This document shows positions 12,174 to 23,345 of a stretch of DNA of 64,000 bases, in pieces (positions within the stretch are counted from its first letter, which is position 1; the number at the start of each line of letters is the position of its first letter). The stretch is from assembly GCF_963921235.1 (NCBI RefSeq), contig NC_086097.1, forward strand, positions 211,732,001 through 211,796,000, read 5' to 3'. Below the pieces are notes generated by a model, which had not been told where the DNA came from, made no database searches, and was given only the letters and a program-made list of their open reading frames with translations. Origin of the DNA: Mobula hypostoma (Eukaryota). A program made the position numbers and the translations under genes.

Positions 12174-12649
12174 CCTCATTCTCCTACATTCATTTTCCTC
12201 CTCCTACATTTTGAACATGATTATACTCAATGAGTCCAACGAGTGAAGGCAAACATGCCTAGTGCCTTCTTTAGCACGATCTGCTTGCGTTGTCACTTTC
12301 AGGAAGCTCTTGACTTGCAGCTAAGGTCCCTCTGTACATTAATGCTCCTAAGGTTCCTGCCATTTACTATATATACCCTCCCCTTATATTTGACATCCCA
12401 ATGTACAACATCTCTCATTTGTTCAGATTAAACTCCATCTGCAATTTCTCTAACTGTACAAACTAGTTATAAATCCAATCTATAAAGTCACTGTTATTTC
12501 CATGTGTCTTAATATTCGGGATCAGACTATCATGAGGGACCTGACGGAAAGCTTTACTAAAGTCCATGTAGACAACATACACAGCGCTATTCTCCATAAT
12601 CATCTTTTTTACCTTCTCAGAAAACTCAAACAAGTTTAAATAAACATGA

Positions 12650-12875
12650 ACAACAGGAATTCTGCAGATGCTGGAAATTCAAGCAACACACATCAAAGTT
12701 GCTGGTGAACGCAGCAGGCCAGGCAGCATCTCTAGGAAGAGCTACAGACGACGTTTCAGGCCGAGACCCTTCGTCAGGACTAACTGAAGGAAGAGTGAGT
12801 AAGGGATTTGAAAGTTGGAGGAGGAGGGGGAGATCCAGAATGATAGGAGAAGACAGGAGGGGGAGGGATGGAGCT
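12650..12875 (-). mobile_element. PLE family A 5'-truncated insertion with tail
   Basis: 11-bp TSD aataaacatga at 12639-12649 and 12876-12886 inside a CR1 RT remnant. Confidence 0.85.
12745..12782 (-). ncRNA. Hammerhead ribozyme motif, core intact, one helix I mismatch
   Basis: Minus strand tagtc-CTGACGA-agggtctcggcct-GAAA-cgtc-gtctg. Confidence 0.7.
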
Positions 12876-14464
12876 AATAAACATGATCTGCCACACAGAA
12901 AATCATGCTGACTCTCCTTAGTAAGCCTGTTTTACCAAGTTGGAGTAAATTATATCATCTCTAAGAATCCTTTCTCCGATATCTTTCCTATCATTTTGCA
13001 CTGCTATTGATTTCAGAAACAGCAGTGATAAAACTGAAAGTTGTTTACTGTCCAGATAGCACATTAAGCAAAGTAACCTTCAGTATTGACATTGAGTATA
13101 TTCAAATTAACGTTCTTATTAAGCCATACATTGAGGGTGTCTGAATGATAAGGAATTTTACATTGTAAACAGATATATTGAAATTAGCATTAAAAGAATT
13201 AAGATGTGCTCTTCAATACAAAAACAATTTTTTGGTTGACTTGTTCAGAAAAGCTGAACGCTGCTGTAAACATAAAAAGTTGAATTCATCAAATGGATTT
13301 AGAATATCCAATTTTGTCAGGGTGAGCTGAATTTTGTCACATTGCCATTTTGGAGACTCTTTGCACTGCTGAAAACTAAAAATTTTAAACTGTTAAAATA
13401 TTACCCCAAAAGAAAATTAGGACATAAAACGTTTATATCTGTGGTTTCTTGCTCACCACCTGTACGTGGCCATCGATTAACATCGTGGCATTTTCACCTG
13501 AACCTGACTTTTCTGAACACTGTCACATGTAAGAATTCATATAAATAAACCAGCAATGTCCTTCAAGTGTGAGAAAAATTGATCGTGCTTGATAATTTGA
13601 AGAATGATAGATCTTGGGCTTTACTGTTTATTGATGTGGAGCTTGTTTTGAGACTTGCTTTAGTTATGGTCAATAAAGGAGAAAGTTATTATTTTGGACT
13701 GTGGAAAGGATATTATCATCTCTTGATCCTCCTTATAATGTGAGAATCAGTTTAAAGAGGATTAGGAAATCGCAAAGTCAGGGAGTTAGAAATACTACCA
13801 TACGTGGAAAGTTAGTTGTAAAGGAAAGCAGTATGTGAATTGCAGGAAGAGTTCATAGAGAGTGATTTAGCTTTGGAATTTGGGATTCAGAGCTTTGCAA
13901 AAAGTGGAACATTGATCATGGGGATTCTCAGGAAAGGGAACATCAGGAATCAGGGTGAGGTTGAGAGGTTTGCTGAACTGGACAGCCAATCAGTCAGGAA
14001 TATGGGATGAGATATGACTGCGTAGTGTAGCTTGCTCATATAAACAAGAGTGGTTGGGAAGAGGGTTGGTGTGAACAAACACAATGAAAATTGCATGAAG
14101 AAAGACATGCCTGCAAGACATTGAATGTTTCGGAATCCATGCAGCAGACCAGGTAATTAGGTCCTCTTTAACTAATGCTGAAGGAGGCCTCAACTCTCAA
14201 GGTAAGGCCAGCTTTGAAGTCAGGAGTTTGAATCAGTTCGGTCCTATAATGCACCACTTGACATTATTGTGTGTGCCTGAAGATTTTGTGTCCATGGCTA
14301 TCATGTAGACATTGGACCCAAATCACGTTTGTTCACATGCACTACCAACACACAAAGGAGGTGAACTTACTAAGTCATCGATTTTTAGATAACATTTACT
14401 CATCGGGTGCACTTAAACATTGTGCTAAGCAAGGGAATTTCCAGCTCATGCAACATTACAGCAG

Positions 14465-14650
14465 AACAACATGCATAAGGTGCTGGGGGAACTCAGCAAG
14501 TCTAGCAGCATCCACGGAGGGGAATAAGCAGTCGATGAAAGATCTCCACTATTTCTTCCCCTCTATAGATGCTACCTGCCTTGCTGAGTTCCTCCAGTAC
14601 TTTGTATGCATTTCTCCAGATTTTCAGCATCTGTAAAGTAGCATGTGTTT
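14465..14650. mobile_element. Old fold-back PLE terminal insertion
   Basis: tgctgggggaactcagcaag...gcatc versus gatgc...cttgctgagttcctccagta as inverted arms; tail ccagattttcagcatctg on the right arm only. Confidence 0.65.
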
Positions 14651-14964
14651 ATGATTAGAGCACAGCAAGTGGCCAGTATACCTATTGTATTTGTCATGAC
14701 TCTTTTCTCCCAAGAAACTTCCCATGAAAGCCTGCTATCTTCCAATAAATTGGATTGTTCTTTGCATCTGCTTCAACAAATTTTTCAGGAAACTCATTTA
14801 AAACCACAGCCCTAACAATCTCTCTCTTACTTTTGTCTGCAATTATCATTAATTCTAATTCTCTTATTGCCGATTGTTCTGTGAGTGGAACCATTTCTCC
14901 CTATTTTATATAAAACATCTTATAACTTATGGAATCAATACAGAATTAATAGCATTGAGGCTTG

Positions 14965-16405
14965 GTTTGTGAATGCTACAAAGATAGGTGAAGGAACAGG
15001 TAATTTGAGGATGCAGAAGGATAGATTATGAGAATGGACAAAGAAGTCACTGATGGAATATAGTGTCGTGAAGTGTATGGTCATGCACTTTGGAAAGGGA
15101 ATAAAGTTGTAAACTATTTTCTAAATAGGGACTGAATTCAGAAATTAGAAGTGCAAAGCGACTTAGGTGTCCTATTGCAGGATTTCCTAAAAATTAACTT
15201 GCAGGTTGAGTTGGTAGTAAGGTAGGCAAATGCACTGTTAGCATTCATTTTCAAAGAACTAGAATATAAAACCAAAGATATAATGCTGCGGCTTTATAAG
15301 GTATTGGTCAGACCTCACTGGGACTATTGTGAGCAATTTTGGTCTCCTTATAAAAGGATGTTCTGGCATTGGAGAAGGTGCAAAGGTGGCTCACAAGAAT
15401 TATCCTGGGAATGAATGGGTTAATGTATGAAGAGCGATGATGGCTCTAGGCCTGTAAACAATAGCGTTTAGGAGGATAAGACCATAAGTCCTAAGAGCAG
15501 AATAAGGCCATTTGGTCCATTGAGTCTTCTCCACCATTCAATCATTGCTGATTTATTATCCCTCTCAACTCCATTCTTCTGCTTTCTCCCTTTAATTTTT
15601 GACACCCTGATTAATCAAGAACCTATCAATCTCCACTTTAAATATACCCAATGACTTGGCTTGCACAGCCATCTGGATCACAATAGGTAACTACTCTCTG
15701 GCTAACAAAATTTTTCCTCATCTCTGTTCCAAATGGATATCCCTCAATTCTGAGGCTGACTCTTCAGGTCCTAGACTTCCTTACTATATGAGACATCCTC
15801 TCCTCATTCACTATATCCAGACCTTGCAATATTCAATAGGTTACTAGGAGATCCCCCCCTCATTCTTCTAAACTCCAGTAAGTACAGGCCCAGAGCCATC
15901 AAATGCTCCTCATATGTTAACCCTTCCATTCATGAGATGATTCTCATGAACATAGTACATCCTTTCTTAGATAGAGGGCCCAAAATTGCTCACAATTCTC
16001 CAAGTGTGGTCTGACCAATCTCTGATGAAGAATGAGGGGGAATCTAATTAAAACCTACCAAATATTGAACAGCTTAGGTAAAATGGACATGGAGAGAATG
16101 TTTCCTATAGTGGAGGAGTGGAGGAGTATAGGAGCATGGGCTACAGCCTCAGAATACAAGGATATCCCTTTTGAATGAATTTCTTTAACCGGGGGTAATT
16201 AATCTGTGGAATTCATTGTCACAGATTGCTGTGAAGGGCAAGTCATTGGGCATATTTAAAAAGGTTCTTGGATAGGTTCTTGATTAGTAAGGGTGTCAAA
16301 GGTTACAGGGAGAAGACAGGAGAATGGGTTTGAGAAGGAAAATAAATCGGCCGTGATTGAATGGTGGTGAGAATGACTTTATTCTGTTCCTATTTCTTAT
16401 AGTCT
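14965..16405 (+). mobile_element. Degraded CR1 3' region interrupted by an antisense CR1
   Basis: KCMVMHFG, LAFI...LYKVLVRPH and NLWNSL motifs; typical CR1 3' UTR ending ttcttat. Confidence 0.8.
15476..16020 (-). mobile_element. CR1 3' end inserted antisense into another CR1
   Basis: Starts ataagaccataag (antisense microsatellite tail); ends with antisense LVRPHLE. Confidence 0.8.
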
Positions 16406-18819
16406 TTTAAAACCCTTATCTTTATCTGTTCTAAAAACAAAACATCAGCTTCATTATAGTATACTTTTCAACTGCCCTTATCTAGTGCAGCCTGTGTGAC
16501 TGAGACCAGTGATGACTTGGTTATAGTGCTCCAGTGAGCCACTCAGTTCAAAGGCAGTTTAGGGGAGGATAATAAAAGTTGGCTTTCTCACTGATGCTCA
16601 GAAAATGAATGATAAAATGTAGCTTTTTTTTCATACCTGAGGTTTTTCTTCCCTGATATCTTTTTGACAAATCTATCCCACAGCCTTCCTTTTGGAGACT
16701 GTCCTTCAGTCCTCCTACATCTTCAACCACACAGTATTTAACATATTTGGAATAAAACAACTTACCTTCATTGGTAGTTATCTAATGTGATCCAAGGGCA
16801 CCTAGTTTATTGAAGTTAAGATTCCAGTCCAGACACATTAAATATCAGTGGGAGGACCTCGTTTATGTAATGACCTTCCTTTCAGGAGGCCTACAAAGAT
16901 GCTTTCAGAAAGGCCCGACTTTTCAGGTGCCCTCTGAATACAAAAATGACAATGAGGTTAAAATTTTGCTGACAGAGCTTCCTTTACTGGATAAAATAAT
17001 CTGTAGAATTCATGCAGCAGAAAGATTATTTCAATATGACAATCCTCTCCATGTTATTAACTGATTAATGTACAGCCAGTAATGTTTTTCACCTGATGCT
17101 GCTGGCCAATTCACCACGGCTGTAGCCAGAGGCTGCTCACAATTAAGCAGATTTCTGATTTTGGCTTTCACTTTAAGTTCAGGACAATCTGAATGACAGA
17201 CGCTGGTGCTTTATGGTCACTCCATTCTATCACTGGCTTCAGCTTTGAAGCTTGATTGTGTTGTAATTCTCCGGGATTATGTTCAAGAAACTACCCCTGT
17301 ATCCACAGCTGCTGTACCATTAAGATGCCCTTTAGAGTAAAACTCTGCTAACTCACTATATCACCGTTCAGAAACCCTGAAATTCCAGTGTCTGGCTCAC
17401 CAGATGATATTTGCCACTCCCCGTGCGTTCACATACACCTGGTCCCATTACATCCTGTCCACTTACCGAGAACCAGGCAATATTGCCTTTGCTCCAACCA
17501 AGTGTGGCCTAAGACAATCCTCCTCAATATCTGCAACACCCCAATGATTGGAACTTACTAATTATACCTCAAACATTCACATTCCAGTAATTAACATATT
17601 TAGTATACTTATCTAAGGTCCCAGCACAGATCCTTGTGGTTACAGCCTTCCAATAAAAAAAAACAACCCTCCACTGGCACCCTCTGCCTCCAATTAGTTG
17701 AAGGGAATGTGTGCAGAATAGGTTTCTGGGAAATTAGTGGGAAAATGGGATTGCTATGTGAACTAGTGTAAAAATAATGGGCTGAATGGTCACAGGTTAT
17801 TATATGATGAACGTACTTAAATTAATGGGATTAAAAAGCTGAACCAATACTCTGCAATTTGTGACATATTCCTGGAAATGGTTGAAAAATTGTGTTTTCA
17901 TTTCCCATCATGCAGGGAGGGATCAATCTTTTGAAGGCTCTGAATGCAGCTGTAAGAAACAAAACAGCAGTATGACACTGGGGAATTGGCAAGCATATCC
18001 ACCTGGGTTATTTGTGTATCCAAAGAGTCATCCTTCACAATGTAAGGTAAGAGCTATCCTTCACGATACAGCTGCTTCTTGGATCTCTGAAGAAGGTTTT
18101 AGAAAGCTGAGAAGAACCAACTTGTTTCAACAAAGTATCTGGAATTTCAGAGTTGTCTTATTGCTTACAATGGGACTTTTACTATGCTCAATGGTAAACG
18201 GTGGCAGTTAGTATTTCAAATACAAGAAGAAATTAAAGACAAGCAAATATAACACCATGACACAGACTGTTATATTCTTGACATTATTCATGCACTTAAT
18301 AGGAATAATTTGAAATGTAATATATACAGAATGCAAATAACTTTTTTTTCTTTTTAGCTTCACAAATATATCTGTTCCTGGTGCTGATTTTCCAAGGCAC
18401 CATAATAAAGTTTTAGGTTTGCTCCTTCTTATTTGTTCTTTTAATCTTCTTTTTGTGGTCTTTTTCATTCCACTAGCAAGAAATTTATCGATCTAGTAAA
18501 TTTCTGCTTGGTAGTGTACAGCCTAAATGTTAAACAAATTAGTTTAAATCGTTTATTACCTGGCATTAAGTTTAATAAAGAAATGTTCAGATCTCTTTCA
18601 TTCTTGTGCCTCATGCAGTTTTATCTACTGAAGGATTCTTTCCTCTTACTTCCCTTTTTGTTTTCTATTCAATTTAAGTTTGAATAAATTGAATTTAAGT
18701 TTGTTGTTTGGTAAATGGATATTACAAAATATCTTTACTTAAAAATGAACATGTCAGTATTTGAAACTGATGGATGTATATGAACATGTGTTCACTGGGT
18801 ATTGAAAATATGTACTTCT

Positions 18820-19442
18820 GCGGGTGCACCTGGATGACGGATGAGTGGAGCACCAACACAGAGGCTACGTACAAGAAGGGCCAGTGTCACCTCTACTTCC
18901 TGAGGAGATTGAGGTCTTTTGGAGCATCTAGGCTTCTCCTTCACATGTTCTACCAGCCTGTTGTCTCCAGTACAACTTTCTATGTGGTGGTGTGCTGGGA
19001 ACATCAACATGGGTGATTCCAACAGGCTCTATAAACTGATTAGAGAATATGGATCCATAATAGGAGTCAAACTGGACACACTGGAGGCTATGGTAGAACA
19101 AAGGACCCTATGGAAAATCATGGCAATTCTGGACAATGTTTCTCACCCTCTGCATGCCAGCTGAGCTGAACAGAGGAGCACATTTAGTAATAGACTAAGA
19201 CAACTGTGCTGCTCCAAAGAGTGCTCTCTGAGGTTATTCTTACTCTCAGCCATTAGGCTCTCTAATGGGTCAACCTATAGCCTGGGAAGTGATGACCCCT
19301 CCTGTTAGGCTGTTTGAGGTAATTTATTTTTATTTCTTTCATACTTCACTTCTAATATTTGTATATTTGTATATCTGTGCATTTGTAATGATACTGAGAC
19401 ACTGTAATTTCCTTTGGGACCAATAATGTATCTATCTATCTA
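18820..19442 (+). mobile_element. Rex1/Babar-type LINE 3' end (distinct subfamily)
   Basis: WSTNTEATYKKGQCHLYFLRRLRSFG; tail tttcctttgggaccaataatg(tatc)n. Confidence 0.8.
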
Positions 19443-19694
19443 CCAATCTGTCTCTAATTCATCTTAATGTGTGTTTTTGAATGTCTGGCAGTGGGGACCA
19501 TAGATGATTACTGCATAGGAGGATGATAATCAGCCCTTGCTTCAGTGTTAGCTCTTTGTATTTGCAATTTATAACTAATTCCACTCACTTTTAATGCTCT
19601 GTATTTCCTTCTATTTTAATTGTTTCCACTTTCTGTAAAAGATGCATTTAGTTCTACATAAGTTATTCAATGTTGATGTATCTCGTGCATGATC

Positions 19695-20090
19695 TGTAAC
19701 AAGGGTGGTTGCCAGGCTGAGATGGAACTGGGGTTATTATGGTGAAGTTCCATATCTTTAACCAATGGACTACCAAAGACGACTCAGACCAGGTGGACTC
19801 AAATGCAGAGCAGTCCAGAGTTGATGAAATTGAACAAAGAATCTTTACTTGTTGAATGATTAGTTGAGAACACAACCTCGGACTCAAGAATCATTCCAAT
19901 CAGGATAGGTAAACTCAAGACTGAGCAAAGACAAACAAAACAGAGGGAACTTAAATAAACAAACAAAACAAGAGGCAGATGAACTGATAACTAAAACAAG
20001 GAAAAGGTGAAGGTAATCAACTAATCATCAGATGAGCAGGGGTGTCTACATCTGGAGGACTTTGATGCCCCCAGTTGGTCAGACCGAGGC
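19695..20090 (-). mobile_element. Possible LTR-like remnant
   Basis: Begins tgtaac; contains cttaaata and aaacaa-rich blocks typical of antisense fish LTRs; no TSD. Confidence 0.3.
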
Positions 20091-20344
20091 AAGATACTAA
20101 CTACTTGCTGTGTAAAGGTATTTCTCTTTATGATGCCTGAATTCTGTGACTATCTTACATTGACTTTTCATCACTGACTCCTCCCAGATAAATAATGCCT
20201 TTTCTCTTCACTAGATTGAAAAACCTTTGTTGTTTTAAAATCAGGTATTTTAAAAGTATTTTACTTTCCTGTTAGAGTGAAAATACTTCCAACTTCTCCC
20301 ATTTTATCACAATAGCTTTTCAGTCCTTTTCTCGTGCTGGTGTG

Positions 20345-20715
20345 TCCACTTAGCACAAAACTACTGTGTTGCGCCAATGGCTTTTGGGACCACCTGGTGA
20401 ATGAAGCCATTGAACTAAGGTTAGAGGATAAGAGAACCTTCATTTTAACAAAGGTGGAAGTCTCTCTCGAAGAACTAGAATACGAGTTTAAACAAGGTGG
20501 GACAGCAGAAACCTGATTAGTTGAGGACTAACCAATCAGGAGGAATGATGACGGGAGCTGAGTACATATACCACCAGACCAGACGTCCCTAGGCATTATC
20601 CCTGATGAAGATGCCAGAGTCTGTCATCGAAATGTCAGTTAATATCAACACCTGTACCCAGCTGGAAGCCAAAGGAGAGTTTATGAATCATATACGCTGG
20701 GAAAGCACTAGATCC
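20345..20715 (+). mobile_element. Penelope-like element family B, 3' fragment (end of GIY-YIG domain and UTR)
   Basis: STKLLCCANGFWDHLVNEAIELRLE resembles the Penelope/Poseidon endonuclease C-terminus (R..KEAIEI); followed by a hammerhead. Confidence 0.7.
20594..20645 (+). ncRNA. Hammerhead ribozyme motif of PLE family B (partly decayed)
   Basis: CTGATGA-a-gatgccag(agt)ctgtcatc-GAAA-tgtc; 8-bp helix II with one mismatch; helix I only partly paired. Confidence 0.6.
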
Positions 20716-20897
20716 TTTTTCACAAGTTTTACATTCCGCTGCAGTCAAGTTGGATGCTATTCAGTTGCAGTGCCTCCTCGCCAGAAGCATCCCGACATAA
20801 TGTCACTGGATAATGACAATCCATAACAGCCTGCAGCTCTATCGTGCTGGGTGACAAATTGAAGAAGAGCCATAATACTTTCAAGATCATTTAGAAT

Positions 20898-21650
20898 GGT
20901 TCAAATGCTTCTGTTTATTATCAGAGAATGTATACAGTAAACAACCTGAAATACTTGCCTTCACAGACATTCATGAAAAACAGAAGAACCCCAAAAGAAC
21001 GAACGACAGGAAAGTATTAGAAACCCAAAGCACCCCCTCCCCTGCGCAAACAGTAGCAAGCATCAGTGCATCATCCTCCTCTCCTCCTCCACCGCCAGTT
21101 GCAGCAAAAAGCGTCAGTGCCCCCCACCCACCAAGCAACAGCAAAGAGAGACCACGATCTGCAGTCAACAAGAACTTTTTGTTTATCTGACATTTCGACA
21201 TGCCACAGGCTTTCTCTCTCACTAACAAGGCACAGATATATCATATCACCCATTTTCACAGCAGAAGCGGAGACTGATAGTCACAGTTACGATACTACAG
21301 TCTGCCACATCGCTTTTCCACGCATCCGCCACAGCGAATTCCTGATGTTCTATCTCCTGCGACGCCTCCGTCAGTAATACCGGCCTGAAATTGGTCATCC
21401 ATAGGGCTGCACCCCAGAGGCATCATATTCCAGGCCGCGCCTGGAGAATATTGGAAAATGGTCGGCCGATGAGCTCCAGGAGCAGATACTCATCCACCAT
21501 AAAAAAAAATGCAGTTTTGGTGCCACCTGCAGATCAGAACCTTGATAGAACTGCAACCACCTTGGACAGGGAAAAGAGAGACATCAAAGAGAGGAATTAA
21601 GCTGTTTTTCACTGATGAGCTTGAAAAGGTAGCCACTTTCTGTCATCTTA
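20898..21650 (-). mobile_element. Non-autonomous Rex1/L2-like retroposon (non-coding body, LINE-type tail)
   Basis: Antisense tail ttcaaa...tttattatcagagaatgtatacagt...cctgaaat like other Rex tails in the window; CpG-rich body; 5' end reads aagatgac on the minus strand. Confidence 0.5.
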
Positions 21651-21660
21651 ACTTTTCATT

Positions 21661-21850
21661 TATAAGACATAGGAGCAGAGCCAGGCCATTCAGCCCATCG
21701 AGTTGGCACTGCCGTTCAACCATGGCTGATTTATAATCTCTCTCAAACCCATTTTCCTGCCTTCTCCCTGACACCTTTGATGCCCTTACTAATCAAGGCA
21801 ACATCAATCTCCGCTCTAAATATGCCAAATGATTGGCTTCTACAGCAGTT
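21661..21850 (-). mobile_element. CR1 3' end
   Basis: ataagacataggagcag antisense tail; IFRAEIDVALISKGIKG. Confidence 0.8.
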
Positions 21851-23079
21851 CCAGTATTGCTTCAACCCATTTCTGAAACTTCTGCAAACTGTTGGTAATA
21901 TAATAGTTAATTTTATCTGCAGAAGCACAATCTTTTGCTCAGTATTCCACCACATTTAGTATACCAAACATGTAGCACAAACCCAGTGTGATCATTACAA
22001 TGTTTGCCATGCCTGATCATAGCAGATCATCTGAAGTACAGTTTCTGCATTATGGGGTTTAAGGCTAATTCATAAGGCACACACTTAATGTTTAAAAGTC
22101 TGGTCTGGATCACAAGGTAGTTTTGTTATTAGACTGGTGATTTTAGAGGCCACACAAGCAGATACAGGGACTGTGAGCCAATTTTCAGAGCTAATTTCTG
22201 ATTTTGGGCTATTTGCATTTGTAGCAGGTGTTGGCTTACTGCTGAAGCACATTCAAGTCATGAATAAGTCTGACTAATTACACTGCAAGAAATGAAAAGC
22301 TGCAGATGCCAGGAACTCCATAACATCGACAACCTCCACTTCAACATTCTGTTCACAGCTGCTAATACCCTTATCCCTTTTTACTTCTCGACTCAATTAG
22401 GGAGCATTTTAAGCTCTTTGGGATGCTGAGCAGCTAGGCAAGAGATACCAGTGTAAAAAAGTTTACATGAAAATCTGCTCCTAGTCCTTTTCCAAAGGTT
22501 CCTTTGTGTTTTTTCTTATAGTAGTGGCATAAAATGGTTGATTTGCTCTCTGGGGACAAGTTCCAAAATTAAACATTTTAATGATGCTTTAGTCGTTGGA
22601 CTATAACTTTTTGCAGGACGTTCTGAGGTCAGCTGTTCACAAACCTCAAATTATTCAAAATTTCATTGTTTTTTTTCCTTCATATACATTGAATCTAATT
22701 TCCTGTATTTTCCTTGATTTTTAGTTCTCTGTCTGGAATCCATTTGGAAATCTAGTTTATCTCCCACCCAAACCACGCTTTTCTACAACCCCTTACTTCC
22801 CATCTGATTTCTACCATCTCATTCAGGATTGTTCCTATGTGGAACCAGCTCTTTTCCTACTTTTATTTTGCTTCACCAATCTCTGCAATAGCAAAGCCCT
22901 CAGAGATCTCAAATCAGTGTTGAAGTCTTCCACCTGCTTGCCTCCTGTACCTTTCTCCCCACCTCCAAGAGTCTTTCAAAAGTTAACTAATAATTATTGC
23001 TTCAATGTTACTCCCAATCTCTTTCCACCTTTGCTTGTTTTCCAGTTTTATTTGCGACCCTGAGATGTTCAGATGTAGA

Positions 23080-23345
23080 TGAAAAGTTCAAAGCTGGACC
23101 CATTGATTAAGGTACAGGTGGGGTAAGAAATGATTGACGGGGTAGGCATGTGGAATTTTTAGGATGTTTTATGCTCCTTCTACTGCTTATACATGGTCAT
23201 GTGTCCTTATTGTGGAGATGCTGTGAACTTGGTAACGTATTGAATGTTCCTCCTCCACTCTAAGCAGCCATAGGCCAGGAATTCCCCTGAGATGGTGAGG
23301 ATGTTGCACTTTATCAGGCAGACTTTGATATCCTTGAAGAATTTT
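23080..23345 (-). mobile_element. RTE LINE C-terminal remnant
   Basis: Minus strand FKDIKVCLIKCNI...EFLAYGCLEWRRNI resembles the RTE motif KD.LK..L......WE.LA.DR..WR. Confidence 0.55.

Larger units (their letters stand above)
10915..12990 (-). mobile_element. Nested cluster of antisense CR1 fragments (two 3' ends plus RT region), host to two PLE insertions
   Basis: Antisense CR1 3' tails (catagaacagta at ~10922, catagag at ~11488); antisense [10 protein letters not shown] and SQHDF RT motifs at ~12550-12910. Confidence 0.75.

Noticed and set aside
16761..16802. Strong minus-strand donor AAG|gtaagt
   Set aside because: All three frames contain stops within the 36 nt upstream; only a non-coding or ATG-AAG first exon is possible, which I cannot support.
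21612..21630. ctgatgagcttgaaa, hammerhead-like
   Set aside because: No room for helix II and no flanking helices.
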